Origin: Candidatus Poribacteria bacterium
Lineage (GTDB): Bacteria; Poribacteria; WGA-4E; WGA-3G
DNA: 64,000 nt
Reading direction: 5' to 3'
Assembly (NCBI GenBank): GCA_963665235.2
Contig: CAXXLX010000001.1
Span: forward strand, 2,560,001-2,624,000
The stretch's first letter is position 1; each line of letters opens with the position of its first letter. The notes under the pieces are model-generated. The model worked only from the letters and a program-made list of their open reading frames with translations, ran no database searches and was not told where the DNA came from. Positions 1 through 9,828 of the stretch are shown here, one piece after another. A program made the position numbers and the translations under genes.

Positions 1-696
1 ACTCTGGATGACAACCTTAGGCTCTCGCATGGCTTTCGGTTCACTGCTATAAAAGAGATAATGAGGGTCTGTGAGAAAAGCGGGTGAACTGTCGTTGAAA
101 TCGGACGTGAACGTTACACGTTGCTGTATCTGTCCGTTCACATCCATCAAATAGATTTCTGCGCTGTCTGTCCGTACTGACGAGAAGGCGATGTAGGTGC
201 CTGATGGCGAAAAGGTCGGTGCATAGTTATCCGAGTTGCCGGTTGTCAGCTGCTTTGTGTGGTAAACATCCCCGACCAATGCTGTGATGTTTCGGACTAC
301 AGCGGTGTCAGTTGTCCCTTGCAGGACTCTCCGCAGTACACGAAAAGCGGAATCCCTATCACCGAATTTGAGATACGTCCGTGCTAGTTCGAACCGGACG
401 GCGGTCTGTTTTTCAGGGTCAGTGTCGTAAAGTTGACTTGCCTTTCGGAATTGGGCAGCGGCATCGGTACTTCGTCCCAACTCACTGTAGGCTTGCCCTA
501 ACAATTCAAACACTTTTGGATTGTCGGCGTGCGTCTCAAGGAGCGGTTCCAGCAAACTTACTGCATGCTGCGGTGTTCCGGCTTGTAGGAGCTTTTCGCT
601 TTCTCTGAGTGCCACCGGTTCACGTTGACAACTGAAACTTAAAAGGCAGAGAAGCATCGTAATACTGATAAGAGAGCGGAGATGGAAAACAGTCAT
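1..696 (-). CDS. Lipoprotein with TPR-like N-region and TolB/PD40 beta-propeller repeats (3' end outside window)
   Basis: Manual translation from ATG at 696: MTVFHLRSLISITMLLCLLSFSC (lipobox-like) ... NYAPTFSPSGTYIAFSSVRTDSAEIYLMD ... SSPAF, open to position 1; absent from the ORF track because it lacks a stop in the window. Confidence 0.75.
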   Translation of the reverse strand, partial: MTVFHLRSLISITMLLCLLSFSCQREPVALRESEKLLQAGTPQHAVSLLEPLLETHADNPKVFELLGQAYSELGRSTDAAAQFRKASQLYDTDPEKQTAVRFELARTYLKFGDRDSAFRVLRRVLQGTTDTAVVRNITALVGDVYHTKQLTTGNSDNYAPTFSPSGTYIAFSSVRTDSAEIYLMDVNGQIQQRVTFTSDFNDSSPAFLTDPHYLFYSSEPKAMREPKVVIQS

Positions 697-743
697 AAAG
701 AATTTAAAAATCCGTTTGTGTATATGTCTTGTGCCAAATTTCT

Positions 744-1169
744 CTACTGCTGCACCTTTTTGGTGCCCCGGATACCGCGCCATCCATCATAGACAGCATA
801 CACCCAGCAGAGCACAGCTTGAATAAGCGAGCTGATTTTCAGCTTCCAAGATGGATGGAACGCTAACGTTTTACCGTTGTCAAACGTCCAAAGCAGATAG
901 GTTATCCTTTCCGGCTCGGAATCTCCTGTCCCTGTTGTTGATACCGCCTCCCCATGGCGACGGAAAAGTAGCAAATCGCTCCAATTTTCCAACGGAAGCG
1001 AATTTACGACGAAAATGAAAATTGCAGAAACAACCCCCAACAGAATAAAAAAGGCTTTCGCATATTGATTCAGATATATCTGACCAACTCCGGGCAGTAT
1101 CGCTGAAAGTACCATCGCAAGATAGGAACGTTTCACAGGTGCCGTTTCTTCCATTGCCGTTTCTTCCAT
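744..1169 (-). CDS. Hypothetical membrane protein
   Basis: LSAILPGVGQIY motif and hydrophobic helices; likely start MEETA at 1169. Confidence 0.65.
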   Translation of the reverse strand: MEETAMEETAPVKRSYLAMVLSAILPGVGQIYLNQYAKAFFILLGVVSAIFIFVVNSLPLENWSDLLLFRRHGEAVSTTGTGDSEPERITYLLWTFDNGKTLAFHPSWKLKISSLIQAVLCWVYAVYDGWRGIRGTKKVQQ

Positions 1170-1173
1170 ATTC

Positions 1174-1539
1174 CTATTCTCCTTGCGCGACGAGATAGAC
1201 ACCGATACAGATAATAATTGCACCAATGATGCGAACCTTGGGAATAGATTCTTTGAAAAACAGCCACGAAAATGGTATTGCTAGGACATACCCGAGACTC
1301 AACATTGGATAAGCGATACTGAGCTTGATCCGTGAAAGAATAACCAACCAGACAAGTGTTGTAAAACCGTAGATAGAGATGCCACCTATAACATAAGGGT
1401 TCAAGCATACCTGCGTAAGTTTCGGCAGCAGCTCCCGAAAGCTGTCGATACGTCCGACCGTGCTAGCACCATGTTTTAGCAAAATCTGTCCCATTACCGT
1501 CAATAAAACATTGAAAATTAGTAATAAAAAATCCTTCAT
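1174..1539 (-). CDS. Small DMT/EamA (SMR/ArnE-F-like) transporter
   Basis: Four TM helices, GQILLK and LSIAYPMLSLGYV motifs; likely start MKDFLLL at 1539. Confidence 0.8.
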   Translation of the reverse strand: MKDFLLLIFNVLLTVMGQILLKHGASTVGRIDSFRELLPKLTQVCLNPYVIGGISIYGFTTLVWLVILSRIKLSIAYPMLSLGYVLAIPFSWLFFKESIPKVRIIGAIIICIGVYLVAQGE

Positions 1540-1661
1540 GACATTATTATACCACATCTGAACGGTTTTTGCAATTTTTATGAAAAAATGGGTATCTATA
1601 AATTTTTGTTGCTTTTTCTTCAAGAAATCGTTAAAATCCTTAAGAGATAAGGAGGAGAGCA

Positions 1662-2450
1662 ATGAGCGAACTTACACGCGAAGATATTGAATTTTTCAAA
1701 AATGAAGGGTATCTGGTGAAGCGGAATGTCCTAAATTCGGAACTGATGGAACGCGCAAGAACACGATTGTGGGACGGCGCACCTGATGGAAGACTCCGCG
1801 AAAATCCTGATACATGGATTGGGCCCTTTAAACCGGAAGAAGAGAACGAAGACAATTCAAATAGGCGTAAAGGGTTCCGATGGAACTTCCGGGAACCCGG
1901 AGGCGAAGAATGGATGGTCAAACTGCTCGCTACCGACCCGAACGTCTGGCGGATGGCGGAGCAGTTCCTGGGCGAGGGAAATTTAGTGGAACCCAAGGGT
2001 GTACGCGGCATCTACTGCACGTTACCGTACGGAGATGTCCCGAAAAAGTCCATCGGATGTCACGTCGACGCGCATCCGTTTCACCTCGGGGTGGTTGGGT
2101 ATATTGACGATGTGCCACAAGAGGGGGGTGGGTTTACCGTTTGGCCGGGAAGCCACAAAACCTTCTATTACGACTACAAATCGCAATATAAGAACGAACC
2201 GACCCCACAGTACGATATAGATAGGGAACGTATCAGCAGAGAGCCGGGCGTTGAATGCTACGGTAATGCGGGGGATATTGTCTTCTGGCATCATCGCATC
2301 GGGCATGCTGCTGGACATAACTATTCACGCCATCGGCAAGCGGTCTTGTACGATTTTCGGAAGACAGAGCTCTCAGAAACACAAGAGGAGCCGCCGAATG
2401 AGGATATGTGGCGGGATTGGCCGGGCATAAAGGCGTTAGAGAACGCGTGA
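1662..2450 (+). CDS. Phytanoyl-CoA dioxygenase (PhyH) family Fe/2OG dioxygenase
   Basis: FFKNEGYLV start, HVD iron motif, PGSH, GDIVFWHHRIGH; AGGAG RBS. Confidence 0.85.
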   Translation: MSELTREDIEFFKNEGYLVKRNVLNSELMERARTRLWDGAPDGRLRENPDTWIGPFKPEEENEDNSNRRKGFRWNFREPGGEEWMVKLLATDPNVWRMAEQFLGEGNLVEPKGVRGIYCTLPYGDVPKKSIGCHVDAHPFHLGVVGYIDDVPQEGGGFTVWPGSHKTFYYDYKSQYKNEPTPQYDIDRERISREPGVECYGNAGDIVFWHHRIGHAAGHNYSRHRQAVLYDFRKTELSETQEEPPNEDMWRDWPGIKALENA

Positions 2451-2490
2451 AGGAGAGGAGGGGTGAGAAAATAGAAACCTTATCCTTCCT

Positions 2491-3312
2491 TTACCTTAGT
2501 CCTAACTCCTTCAACGTGTGTGCCATCATATCATAAGCGATTTGTGCCTTCTCCATCCGCATGTGCGGAAAGGTTTCTACAGAGATATATTTATCGTAGT
2601 TGACTTTCCCCAAACTCTCAGCGAAGGTGCGAAAATCTAACTCGTCTCCCACCTCACCGGGAATTAGGAACGTGCTGTACGGATACATTCCTTTCACCCC
2701 TTTGACGTGGCAGTGTGCGGTAACCTGCCCTAATTTTTCGGTAACCTCAGCGATGTCCTCTCCAAGGTGATAGAAGTTCGTGATGTCGTTAAGAGCTTTT
2801 AGCGCATCGGACGCGACGTGCGCGATGAGTAGGGTGACCTTAGACGATGAATCGATCGTTGTTGCCTCGTGGTTGTGAATGTTCATTGTAATGCCGAGGC
2901 CTTCAGCACGGCGGCAGATAGGTTTTAGCACATCAACGAGAAGTCGCCAGGCGAATGCGTCCCCTTTGTCGCCGCCGTAACCAGTGAGGAAATTAACACC
3001 GTTTGCTCCAAGGGCTACCGCTACGTCCTGAAGGAGGGAGTAGTGGTCTATCGCCTCCTGTTTGTTCGCTAATGCCAATTGATATAAACCCTTGCCGGTA
3101 AATGGATTGATGACAGAGACCTTTAGACCGTGGTCACTTGTCATTTTTTTCACCTCTTTGAGCAGGTTGTCCGTGATTTCACCGGAGGGGATGTGTGCCT
3201 CCGGCCCGCACATCATCTCAATTGCATCGTAGCCGACTTCGGAGAGGATAGAGATAACTTCGTGAAGTGGGCGGTCTTTCATGCCGCCTGCATGATAGGA
3301 TATGCCGAGCAT
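2491..3312 (-). CDS. Sugar phosphate isomerase/epimerase (xylose isomerase-like TIM barrel)
   Basis: GYDAIE, HNH, D..N, HCHVK, SVE metal-site motifs. Confidence 0.8.
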   Translation of the reverse strand: MLGISYHAGGMKDRPLHEVISILSEVGYDAIEMMCGPEAHIPSGEITDNLLKEVKKMTSDHGLKVSVINPFTGKGLYQLALANKQEAIDHYSLLQDVAVALGANGVNFLTGYGGDKGDAFAWRLLVDVLKPICRRAEGLGITMNIHNHEATTIDSSSKVTLLIAHVASDALKALNDITNFYHLGEDIAEVTEKLGQVTAHCHVKGVKGMYPYSTFLIPGEVGDELDFRTFAESLGKVNYDKYISVETFPHMRMEKAQIAYDMMAHTLKELGLR

Positions 3313-3327
3313 AAAGATTTTCCTTTA

Positions 3328-3361
3328 TTGACTGATTGACTGATTGACTGATTGACTGATT
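3328..3361. repeat. 8-bp tandem repeat (TTGACTGA) x4
   Basis: Directly visible in the intergenic sequence. Confidence 0.9.
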
Positions 3362-4817
3362 ACTGGAACGCCTGACTCGCTGTGATGTATGCCTTCAGAT
3401 GTTTCAGTGCACTGCCGTTGTCCATCGCTGATTGGGCACGCTTGATTGCATCCTCTGGGTCGGGACAGAGCCCTAACAGATAATCTACCATAGCCGTGTT
3501 GAGGAGAATTCTGTCGTAGATATGTCCTTTCTGTCCAGAAAGTGCGGCTACACCTACTTCCGCGAAGGCGTTTGCGTTTACGGTGTCGGGACGCGGGTTT
3601 TGTGTATAATTAAATCCGTAGGCTTTCGGCTCAATGTCCAAAGCGAATTCCTCTCGGTGACCATTGACGCGGCGGAACCCTTGCGAATAGTTTACCGCCA
3701 TCCTGTCGCTTGTAGAGGGTTTGCCGAGGCGGAGCGCGTAATGGCTTGTGCCCTCTTCTCCCTTAACAGCAACTGCGCCCTGAAATCCACGCTCCCACGC
3801 CAATTGGAGCAGCGGTTTTTCGTAACCGATATGGTAGTAGCCTAACACCATGTAGTTCGCTTCACGTGCTGAGAAGAATTGTTGTGCCTTCTCGGTGGCC
3901 GCCCACGGCGGACGTTTCTTGATATGCACCCGCAACTCCCGTATCCCGTATGCCCCTGGCGAATACTCCCGCTGACTAATATAACCAAAGCCGACTGTGC
4001 TGTTTGAAATAAGCGTGGCTGTCTGTTCCAGAGAGAGGTCGGTTTTTGCCCCAAGGGCTTGCAAGATAGATTCTTCGGTTACGCCATTTTTCGGGGGCAT
4101 TGCGTCAACGCTGTGAAGGAGCGATGCCTCGCCAAGTGCCGCGCGGACTGCCGCTACAAAGAGGGTCGGCCGAAAATAGCGTGTTGCACCATCGTAGGGT
4201 TGACCGAAATGGGTGAGTGTCCCAACATCAATTGGGCGGACCTGCTCCGGTGCAAAAAAGGCATCGAGGTATCCGCGCACCTCTTGATATGTCTCGCGAT
4301 TCATTCGCTGCCCAATAAGCGCGGCCCCTTTGAGCGCAGGTTTGACATCCTCGCTGAGGATAGCTGTGCACATCTGACAGGTTTCCGCATAGCTTAAATG
4401 TTTTCCCCTCAAAATCTTTTCCAGTGCGGTGACAACAATCGCCTCTGTCGGGTTTGTCGGGATGTACCCGTGCTCGGGTGTCATCAGAAATTGGAGCTCT
4501 GCTGGAAGCTGCTGCTGAAGTGCCGACTGATATTTATGAAAAGCGGCTTTTTCTGCTGGGCTCCACTGCGTTGCCTCTGGGAAATATTTTCGGAGCGTCA
4601 TCGCAGCGAAAAACGCTCCCATCTGTGCTGCTGAGACCGTCTCTGTTTTTGTCAAATTACCCGCCGCAGATTTCAAAATGGTCTCAAGGATTGCGTCAGG
4701 CTGTGGTCCGTCGGACGGTTTTTTTCCTAACGGACGGGTTTGATGTGGCCCGGTGCAAACACGTGCCTGTGCCTCAAGCACATCGGGATTAGGCCCTGGA
4801 TATTGTGGTGTATACAT
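3360..4817 (-). CDS. Anthranilate phosphoribosyltransferase-like (glycosyltransferase family 3, YbiB-like) protein
   Basis: QMGAFFAAM, PYDG, PPKNGVT, VKGEEG motifs. Confidence 0.75.
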   Translation of the reverse strand: MYTPQYPGPNPDVLEAQARVCTGPHQTRPLGKKPSDGPQPDAILETILKSAAGNLTKTETVSAAQMGAFFAAMTLRKYFPEATQWSPAEKAAFHKYQSALQQQLPAELQFLMTPEHGYIPTNPTEAIVVTALEKILRGKHLSYAETCQMCTAILSEDVKPALKGAALIGQRMNRETYQEVRGYLDAFFAPEQVRPIDVGTLTHFGQPYDGATRYFRPTLFVAAVRAALGEASLLHSVDAMPPKNGVTEESILQALGAKTDLSLEQTATLISNSTVGFGYISQREYSPGAYGIRELRVHIKKRPPWAATEKAQQFFSAREANYMVLGYYHIGYEKPLLQLAWERGFQGAVAVKGEEGTSHYALRLGKPSTSDRMAVNYSQGFRRVNGHREEFALDIEPKAYGFNYTQNPRPDTVNANAFAEVGVAALSGQKGHIYDRILLNTAMVDYLLGLCPDPEDAIKRAQSAMDNGSALKHLKAYITASQAFQ

Positions 4818-5188
4818 TTTTTCATCTCTCTGTTTTATTGGCTATTGCGTTAATTGAGTATACCACAACCTGATGTTTGCTGTCAAATCTGATTGAGTGT
4901 GTAAAGTTTTTGTACAAGTAGGACTTACGCATTTCCCTCCGCTCCTCTACTAGCGGGATATCGGTATTAGTCCCAGTATTCGGGCAAACAGCCCGCTCTT
5001 CAAGGACGATATCTTTATAGAAGCACAAAACGCCCACCCCCTCTTAGTCCCAGTATTCGGGCAAGCAGCCCGCTCTTCAAGGACGATATCTTTATAGAAT
5101 GAAAAAAATGTTGTGGATTATTACCAATTATTGCCCGTCGCAGCCCTGATTCTAGGAGAAAAACGCATCGCGCATCACAACCCTATAC

Positions 5189-5421
5189 ACGTGAGCTTGA
5201 TAATAAATATCCGTTTTCTCTAAACATTTTTGAGGTTCTCCGAAAAAAGTGGAATGATTCTATAAAGATATCGTCCCTACGGGACTAAGAGGTGGGATGG
5301 AAACGGCTGCTTCTATAAAGATATCGTCCCTACGGGACTAAGAGGCGGGGAACCTTTTGTCCAGTATTCGGGCACACAGTCCGCTCCTCATACTGGGTCA
5401 AAACTTTTTTCAAACTCACGT
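5189..5421. mobile_element. MITE-like element (ACGTGAG...CTCACGT TIR family) carrying REP-like cargo
   Basis: Same ends as 44844-45014 and 53911-54123; no TSD seen for this copy. Confidence 0.65.
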
Positions 5422-5425
5422 TACT

Positions 5426-5733
5426 TATAAGTTTTTAGACCTGGAAACGTTGTCTTTAATGAAAATATGCTGATAATTAGGTAATATTTGTAGCGTTCAC
5501 TTCCAATTTGCACACAAATATGCACAATCTGGAAGATTATGCTACTATGTAGCAACTTAGGTTATCTTAACCCAAGTTGCTACCTATAAGGTTTTAGACA
5601 TAAAGGTGCTTGTTTTTAGTGAAAAATGCTGAGAATGAGTCTATATTTTGTAGCGCAAACTTTCAGTTTGCACGCTTATGGAAGACCCAAACTAGAAAGT
5701 TTGTGCTACTATGTGGCAACTTAGGTTATCTTA
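5426..5733. repeat. Degenerate ~160-bp tandem duplication containing GTAGC REP-like palindromes
   Basis: TATAAG.TTTTAGAC...GCTACTATGT.GCAACTTAGGTTATCTTA occurs twice. Confidence 0.7.
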
Positions 5734-5818
5734 TGGAAAATTGCACTTGACAAAAATCGTTGTATGCGTTAAAGTGTTACAAATTCTCGTATCAGTAGAA
5801 ATTTGTGGAGGAGAAAAG

Positions 5819-7078
5819 ATGTCAGCACGTTTAGCAGTAGATGGTGGCACACCCGTTATAACAGAATCCATTCCGGGCGGGATGCACGGGCCCAGCATGG
5901 TAGACGACCGCGAAATTGATGCGGTGTCAGAGGTTTTACGCAGCGGTAAACTCTTTAGATTCGTTGAAAATTCAAATGTAGCCGCCTTTGAGAAAGAAGC
6001 AGCGGCACGACTCGGTGTCGAACACGCCTTGATGGTAAACTCCGGCACCTCGGCACTTATCTGTGCCCTCACTGGGGTCGGTATAGGTCCCGGGGATGAG
6101 GTGATTTTACCGGGGTACACCTTTATCGCGACAGCCGCAGCTATCGTTGGAGTCGGGGCGATTCCGGTAATCGCGGAAATTGACGATTCACTTGGGCTCG
6201 ACCCAGCAGATGTGGAGCGGAAGATTACACCGCATACCAAAGCGATTTTGCCGGTTCACATGCAAGGGGTACCATGCAGACTTGACGCAATTTTAGCACT
6301 TGCACGAAAGCACAATCTTAAGGTCGTTGAGGATTGCTGTCAGTGTGTCGGCGGACAGTATAAGGGGAAATATACCGGCACCTGGGGCGATGCAGGCGCG
6401 TGGAGCCTCAACTACTACAAGGTGATTACATGCGGTGAAGGCGGCCTAGTGTATTCCAATGATTACGATACCTATGAACGCGCCGCTTTTGCGTCTGAAC
6501 CCGGTTTACCGATGTGGATGAGCGATGCCGAATGGCAAAACAAACCGTTCTCTTGTCAGTGCTATCGGCCCAGCGAAATATTAGGGGCCATTGCACGCGT
6601 GCAGTTGTCAAAGTTGGATGACATCTTAGGACATACGCGGCGGCTCAAGAAGACATTTATCGCTGAACTCGCGGATGACCCGAAGGGATATATCCGACAG
6701 CACGTAGATGATCCGAGTGGCGAATGCGGTATCAGTGCCGCCATTATCGTACGCGACAATGCACTCGCCCAAAAATACGCGGATGCACTCAGGGCAGAAG
6801 GGCTGGGGGCTGGCACCGCTTACAACGAGGGGTTTCCAGACAGGCATATTTATACCTATTGGGACTCTATCCTGTTTAAACATTCACCGACCGAGGCGGG
6901 TTATCCGTGGAACGATGCGCGATATAAAGGGGATATAGAATATTCACGAGATATGTGCCCGGAGACGCTGTCCATTCTCGGACGAGCATTGCGGTTCGGT
7001 TTCAACGTGAATATGCAGGAGGAGCATGCGAGGTTAATGGCAGCAGCGATTAACAAAGTTGACGATGCCCTAGGGTAA
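5819..7078 (+). CDS. DegT/DnrJ/EryC1/StrS family PLP aminotransferase
   Basis: NSGTSAL, GDEVILPGYTFIAT, EDCCQ, SLNYYKVITCGEGG; start MSARL after GGAG. Confidence 0.9.
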   Translation: MSARLAVDGGTPVITESIPGGMHGPSMVDDREIDAVSEVLRSGKLFRFVENSNVAAFEKEAAARLGVEHALMVNSGTSALICALTGVGIGPGDEVILPGYTFIATAAAIVGVGAIPVIAEIDDSLGLDPADVERKITPHTKAILPVHMQGVPCRLDAILALARKHNLKVVEDCCQCVGGQYKGKYTGTWGDAGAWSLNYYKVITCGEGGLVYSNDYDTYERAAFASEPGLPMWMSDAEWQNKPFSCQCYRPSEILGAIARVQLSKLDDILGHTRRLKKTFIAELADDPKGYIRQHVDDPSGECGISAAIIVRDNALAQKYADALRAEGLGAGTAYNEGFPDRHIYTYWDSILFKHSPTEAGYPWNDARYKGDIEYSRDMCPETLSILGRALRFGFNVNMQEEHARLMAAAINKVDDALG

Positions 7079-7121
7079 AGCGGTAGGCACGTCCTGCTGT
7101 GCCGCAGCAATAGAGGAAGCT

Positions 7122-7919
7122 TTGATGAAGATTACGATTTTGGGTTCGGGCACCTCGACCGGTGTTCCGGAGTATAAGTGTGAGTGCGACACCTGTGAGG
7201 ATGCGATGCAGGTAGGTTCAAAGAACTATCGCACCCGTTCGTCAGTTCATATTGAGAAGGATGGAAAACACTTGCAATTCGATCTCGGTCCCAATTTCAT
7301 GGATCAGATAAATCGGAATCGGATTGAATGGATAGATGCTGTTATTTTTACGCACTGCCACGCCGACCATGTCAGTGGGACGAACGATATCGTGATGCCG
7401 TGTCGGAAACAGCGGATGGATATGCCAATCTACGGGCCTGAACAGACGCTCCAAATTTTGCAACGGAACTTTGATTATATGTTTACTAAAGAGACGTTCC
7501 AGGGGGGTGGGGTCGGGCATCTACTTCCGCACGTCGTTTCGGAGCGGTTTGAGCTGCTCGGTTTTGACATTACACCGATTCCGGTTGAGCACGGTAACGT
7601 TGACACTTACGGCTATCGGATTGACGATTTTGGGTATGTGCCGGATGTGAAGCGGTTGCCGGAAACCTCACAAGCTCTACTTGAGGGGGTTGAGGTGTTG
7701 GTTATTGATGCGTTGAGTTTCAATCCGGGGCATCCGACGCATCAATCGGTCGGTCAGGCTTTGGAGATTAGCGAGGCTTTACAACCAAGGGAAACGTATT
7801 TTACACATATTATGCATCGGCTCGATCATCGGTATTTTCGGGAGCAGTGCAAGGAGCAGCAGATTGAACTCCCTGACAACGCTGATCTCGCTTACGATGG
7901 GCAGGTGATTACTATTTAG
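7122..7919 (+). CDS. MBL-fold metallo-hydrolase, PhnP-like
   Basis: LGSGTSTGVP, CxCxxC, THCHADH, FTHI. Confidence 0.9.
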   Translation: MMKITILGSGTSTGVPEYKCECDTCEDAMQVGSKNYRTRSSVHIEKDGKHLQFDLGPNFMDQINRNRIEWIDAVIFTHCHADHVSGTNDIVMPCRKQRMDMPIYGPEQTLQILQRNFDYMFTKETFQGGGVGHLLPHVVSERFELLGFDITPIPVEHGNVDTYGYRIDDFGYVPDVKRLPETSQALLEGVEVLVIDALSFNPGHPTHQSVGQALEISEALQPRETYFTHIMHRLDHRYFREQCKEQQIELPDNADLAYDGQVITI

Positions 7920-7921
7920 AT

Positions 7922-8122
7922 CTAAAGTAATTGAGATTCCGAGGCGGTTATTTGCTCATAAAATAGATTCGGTAAATTTGCGTGCAAGTCGGCATGTTCG
8001 ATTGTTATGGCAACCGGATTCTCCTCGGAATCTAGGTCTACGTAGATGTTCTCACTGATTTCTTTTGTTTCCGCTATGGGGTATGTTGAGAACTCAATAT
8101 TATCTGCTCCTCGGACCATCAC
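7922..8122 (-). CDS. DUF2283-like small protein (possibly 5'-truncated)
   Basis: ETKEISENIYVDLD...PVAITIEHA pattern. Confidence 0.55.
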   Translation of the reverse strand: MMVRGADNIEFSTYPIAETKEISENIYVDLDSEENPVAITIEHADLHANLPNLFYEQITASESQLL

Positions 8123-8138
8123 TTTTAGTTCAAACCTT

Positions 8139-8270
8139 TCACTTAATTTTTAGTTCCTCAAGGAAAGTTTGGAGATCTGAAAAGAACGAAAGTTCTGGGG
8201 TTGCCTGACCGGTGTTTTGCGTGCGGCGGATATTTTGTAGATAACGGTTGCAGTGTGTTTGGAAGCTCAT
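8139..8270 (-). pseudogene. N-terminal stub resembling a Type IIG/ISP restriction-modification enzyme
   Basis: MSFQTHCNRYLQNIRRTQNTGQATPELSFFSDLQTFLEELKIK* (43 aa); ATxELS motif resemblance from memory. Confidence 0.45.
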
Positions 8271-8273
8271 ATT

Positions 8274-8933
8274 TTATGGCGCATCTAAAAGTCTTGATGC
8301 GTTGACAGGGAATTGGTATCCATATCGCCTAACTATCAATTCAAGCGTACTCGTAATCCATTTTTCAGCGTGTGGTGATACAATTACCTCGCTATTTTCA
8401 CCAATGAGCGTTTTAACATCAATTTCAAGGGGTTTTCCAAATTCATAAGGGGCATTAATTGATGCAATATCAATAATTGCACGTACTTCCTGTTCGTACT
8501 CAAAAGGTTTTCTCTTATAGAAGTAGGGGTAATACAGGAGACCCTCTACATCTTTAGGGCTCTCAATTTCATTGTGATTGGTAATGTACTTTATCTTACC
8601 GATAAATACATCAGGTTTATCCGGCAAGCTATTCTTCAAGTTTTCCATAGTTGTTTTGATTGCTATACCGCTGTTGCGGAGTTGGTATTTGTCCCACATC
8701 CCCATGGATTCTTCTTCTCCGTGATGCCAACAGCTACACATGATGTATTCACCAAAATTTGAAGCCTGCTCGACTGTACGGATGTATCCTTCAAATTTGT
8801 CGTCGAATTTATCGGCTCTTGTAAAAAATAAGGACCCTGTTTCTAAAATGTTGGCAAACTTCTCAAAACTCATGTACCGCCACACAGTATCTTTATCTTT
8901 GGGTTGTTCGATGCCTTTCAATTCTTTATACAT
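8274..8933 (-). CDS. DUF2971-like protein
   Basis: VWRYMSFEKF, DKFEG, CSCWH..EESMGMWDKY, KRKPFEYEQEVR. Confidence 0.75.
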   Translation of the reverse strand: MYKELKGIEQPKDKDTVWRYMSFEKFANILETGSLFFTRADKFDDKFEGYIRTVEQASNFGEYIMCSCWHHGEEESMGMWDKYQLRNSGIAIKTTMENLKNSLPDKPDVFIGKIKYITNHNEIESPKDVEGLLYYPYFYKRKPFEYEQEVRAIIDIASINAPYEFGKPLEIDVKTLIGENSEVIVSPHAEKWITSTLELIVRRYGYQFPVNASRLLDAP

Positions 8934-9007
8934 AAAATTCTTCTTTTAAAGTGAATGTGTTAGTCTACTGAAGTGCCAACGCTAATTAGGGCCGAAATTC
9001 CATAAAC

Positions 9008-9484
9008 TTAAGACAAGATTTGTTGTTCAAATTCCATAGGTGTCGAATCTTCTGACGCTGGCGGTATCTTTATAAAATCCGATGAATCATCAATGCCAAA
9101 CGCAGTTTTCTTCTTCGGTTGCCCTTGATTCGATTGCCTTGGAAAGTTTCTGAATGTGTCACGAATTTTCGAGGCTATAGATTCAATAGTTCCGATATCA
9201 AGGGTCACTATATCAGGCTCTTCCTGCTCAGTCCTGACGCTTTTTGACATTATGCCATGGATGAAATTATGAGATCTGAACCACTTATCTACCTCCATCT
9301 CAGGAATTTCAACTTCTAGGACACGCAGCCTAACGAGATATTCATCAGGTTGTAGGGGAAGAGCCTCCTTGAGTGGCATGCTATAGTGTATGTGTTTGAT
9401 TTCGACTAATGACCAATCTATACCAAAAGCTTTTGATTCTTCTTTCAAAACTTCTTCAAATTTCTCCTCAAACTTAACTTCCAT
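9008..9484 (-). CDS. Hypothetical protein
   Basis: 158-aa ORF with GGAGG RBS and upstream TTGACA-17-TATACT promoter. Confidence 0.65.
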   Translation of the reverse strand: MEVKFEEKFEEVLKEESKAFGIDWSLVEIKHIHYSMPLKEALPLQPDEYLVRLRVLEVEIPEMEVDKWFRSHNFIHGIMSKSVRTEQEEPDIVTLDIGTIESIASKIRDTFRNFPRQSNQGQPKKKTAFGIDDSSDFIKIPPASEDSTPMEFEQQILS

Positions 9485-9828
9485 GATTACCTCCCCTTAT
9501 AAAATGTAGTTTGGACAGTTTCATCTTGCCTTTCATTATTTTGCTGCTAGTCTACCTACTACGCAGACAGTCTTTATCGTGCAGCATTGGCATCTGTCGC
9601 CAGCGGTCGCGCTTAATCAACGCGCTAATTTGATTGAACACTAATAGTATAATACATATTTTGCCACTTGTCAAGGGGAGTGTGTAAGAGACAGGCGATA
9701 AATCACCCTACTACAAACTACCAACTATGATAAATGCTTCTACGATTACTGAAGGCCTACGACACAACGGGATGCCCTACTATAGGAGCGGGCTACTTGC
9801 CCGAATACTGAACGGGTGTACAAAAACT

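Noticed and set aside
5711-5818. Extended N-terminus of the aminotransferase
   Set aside because: Upstream ATG lies in repeat/promoter DNA; the RBS supports 5819
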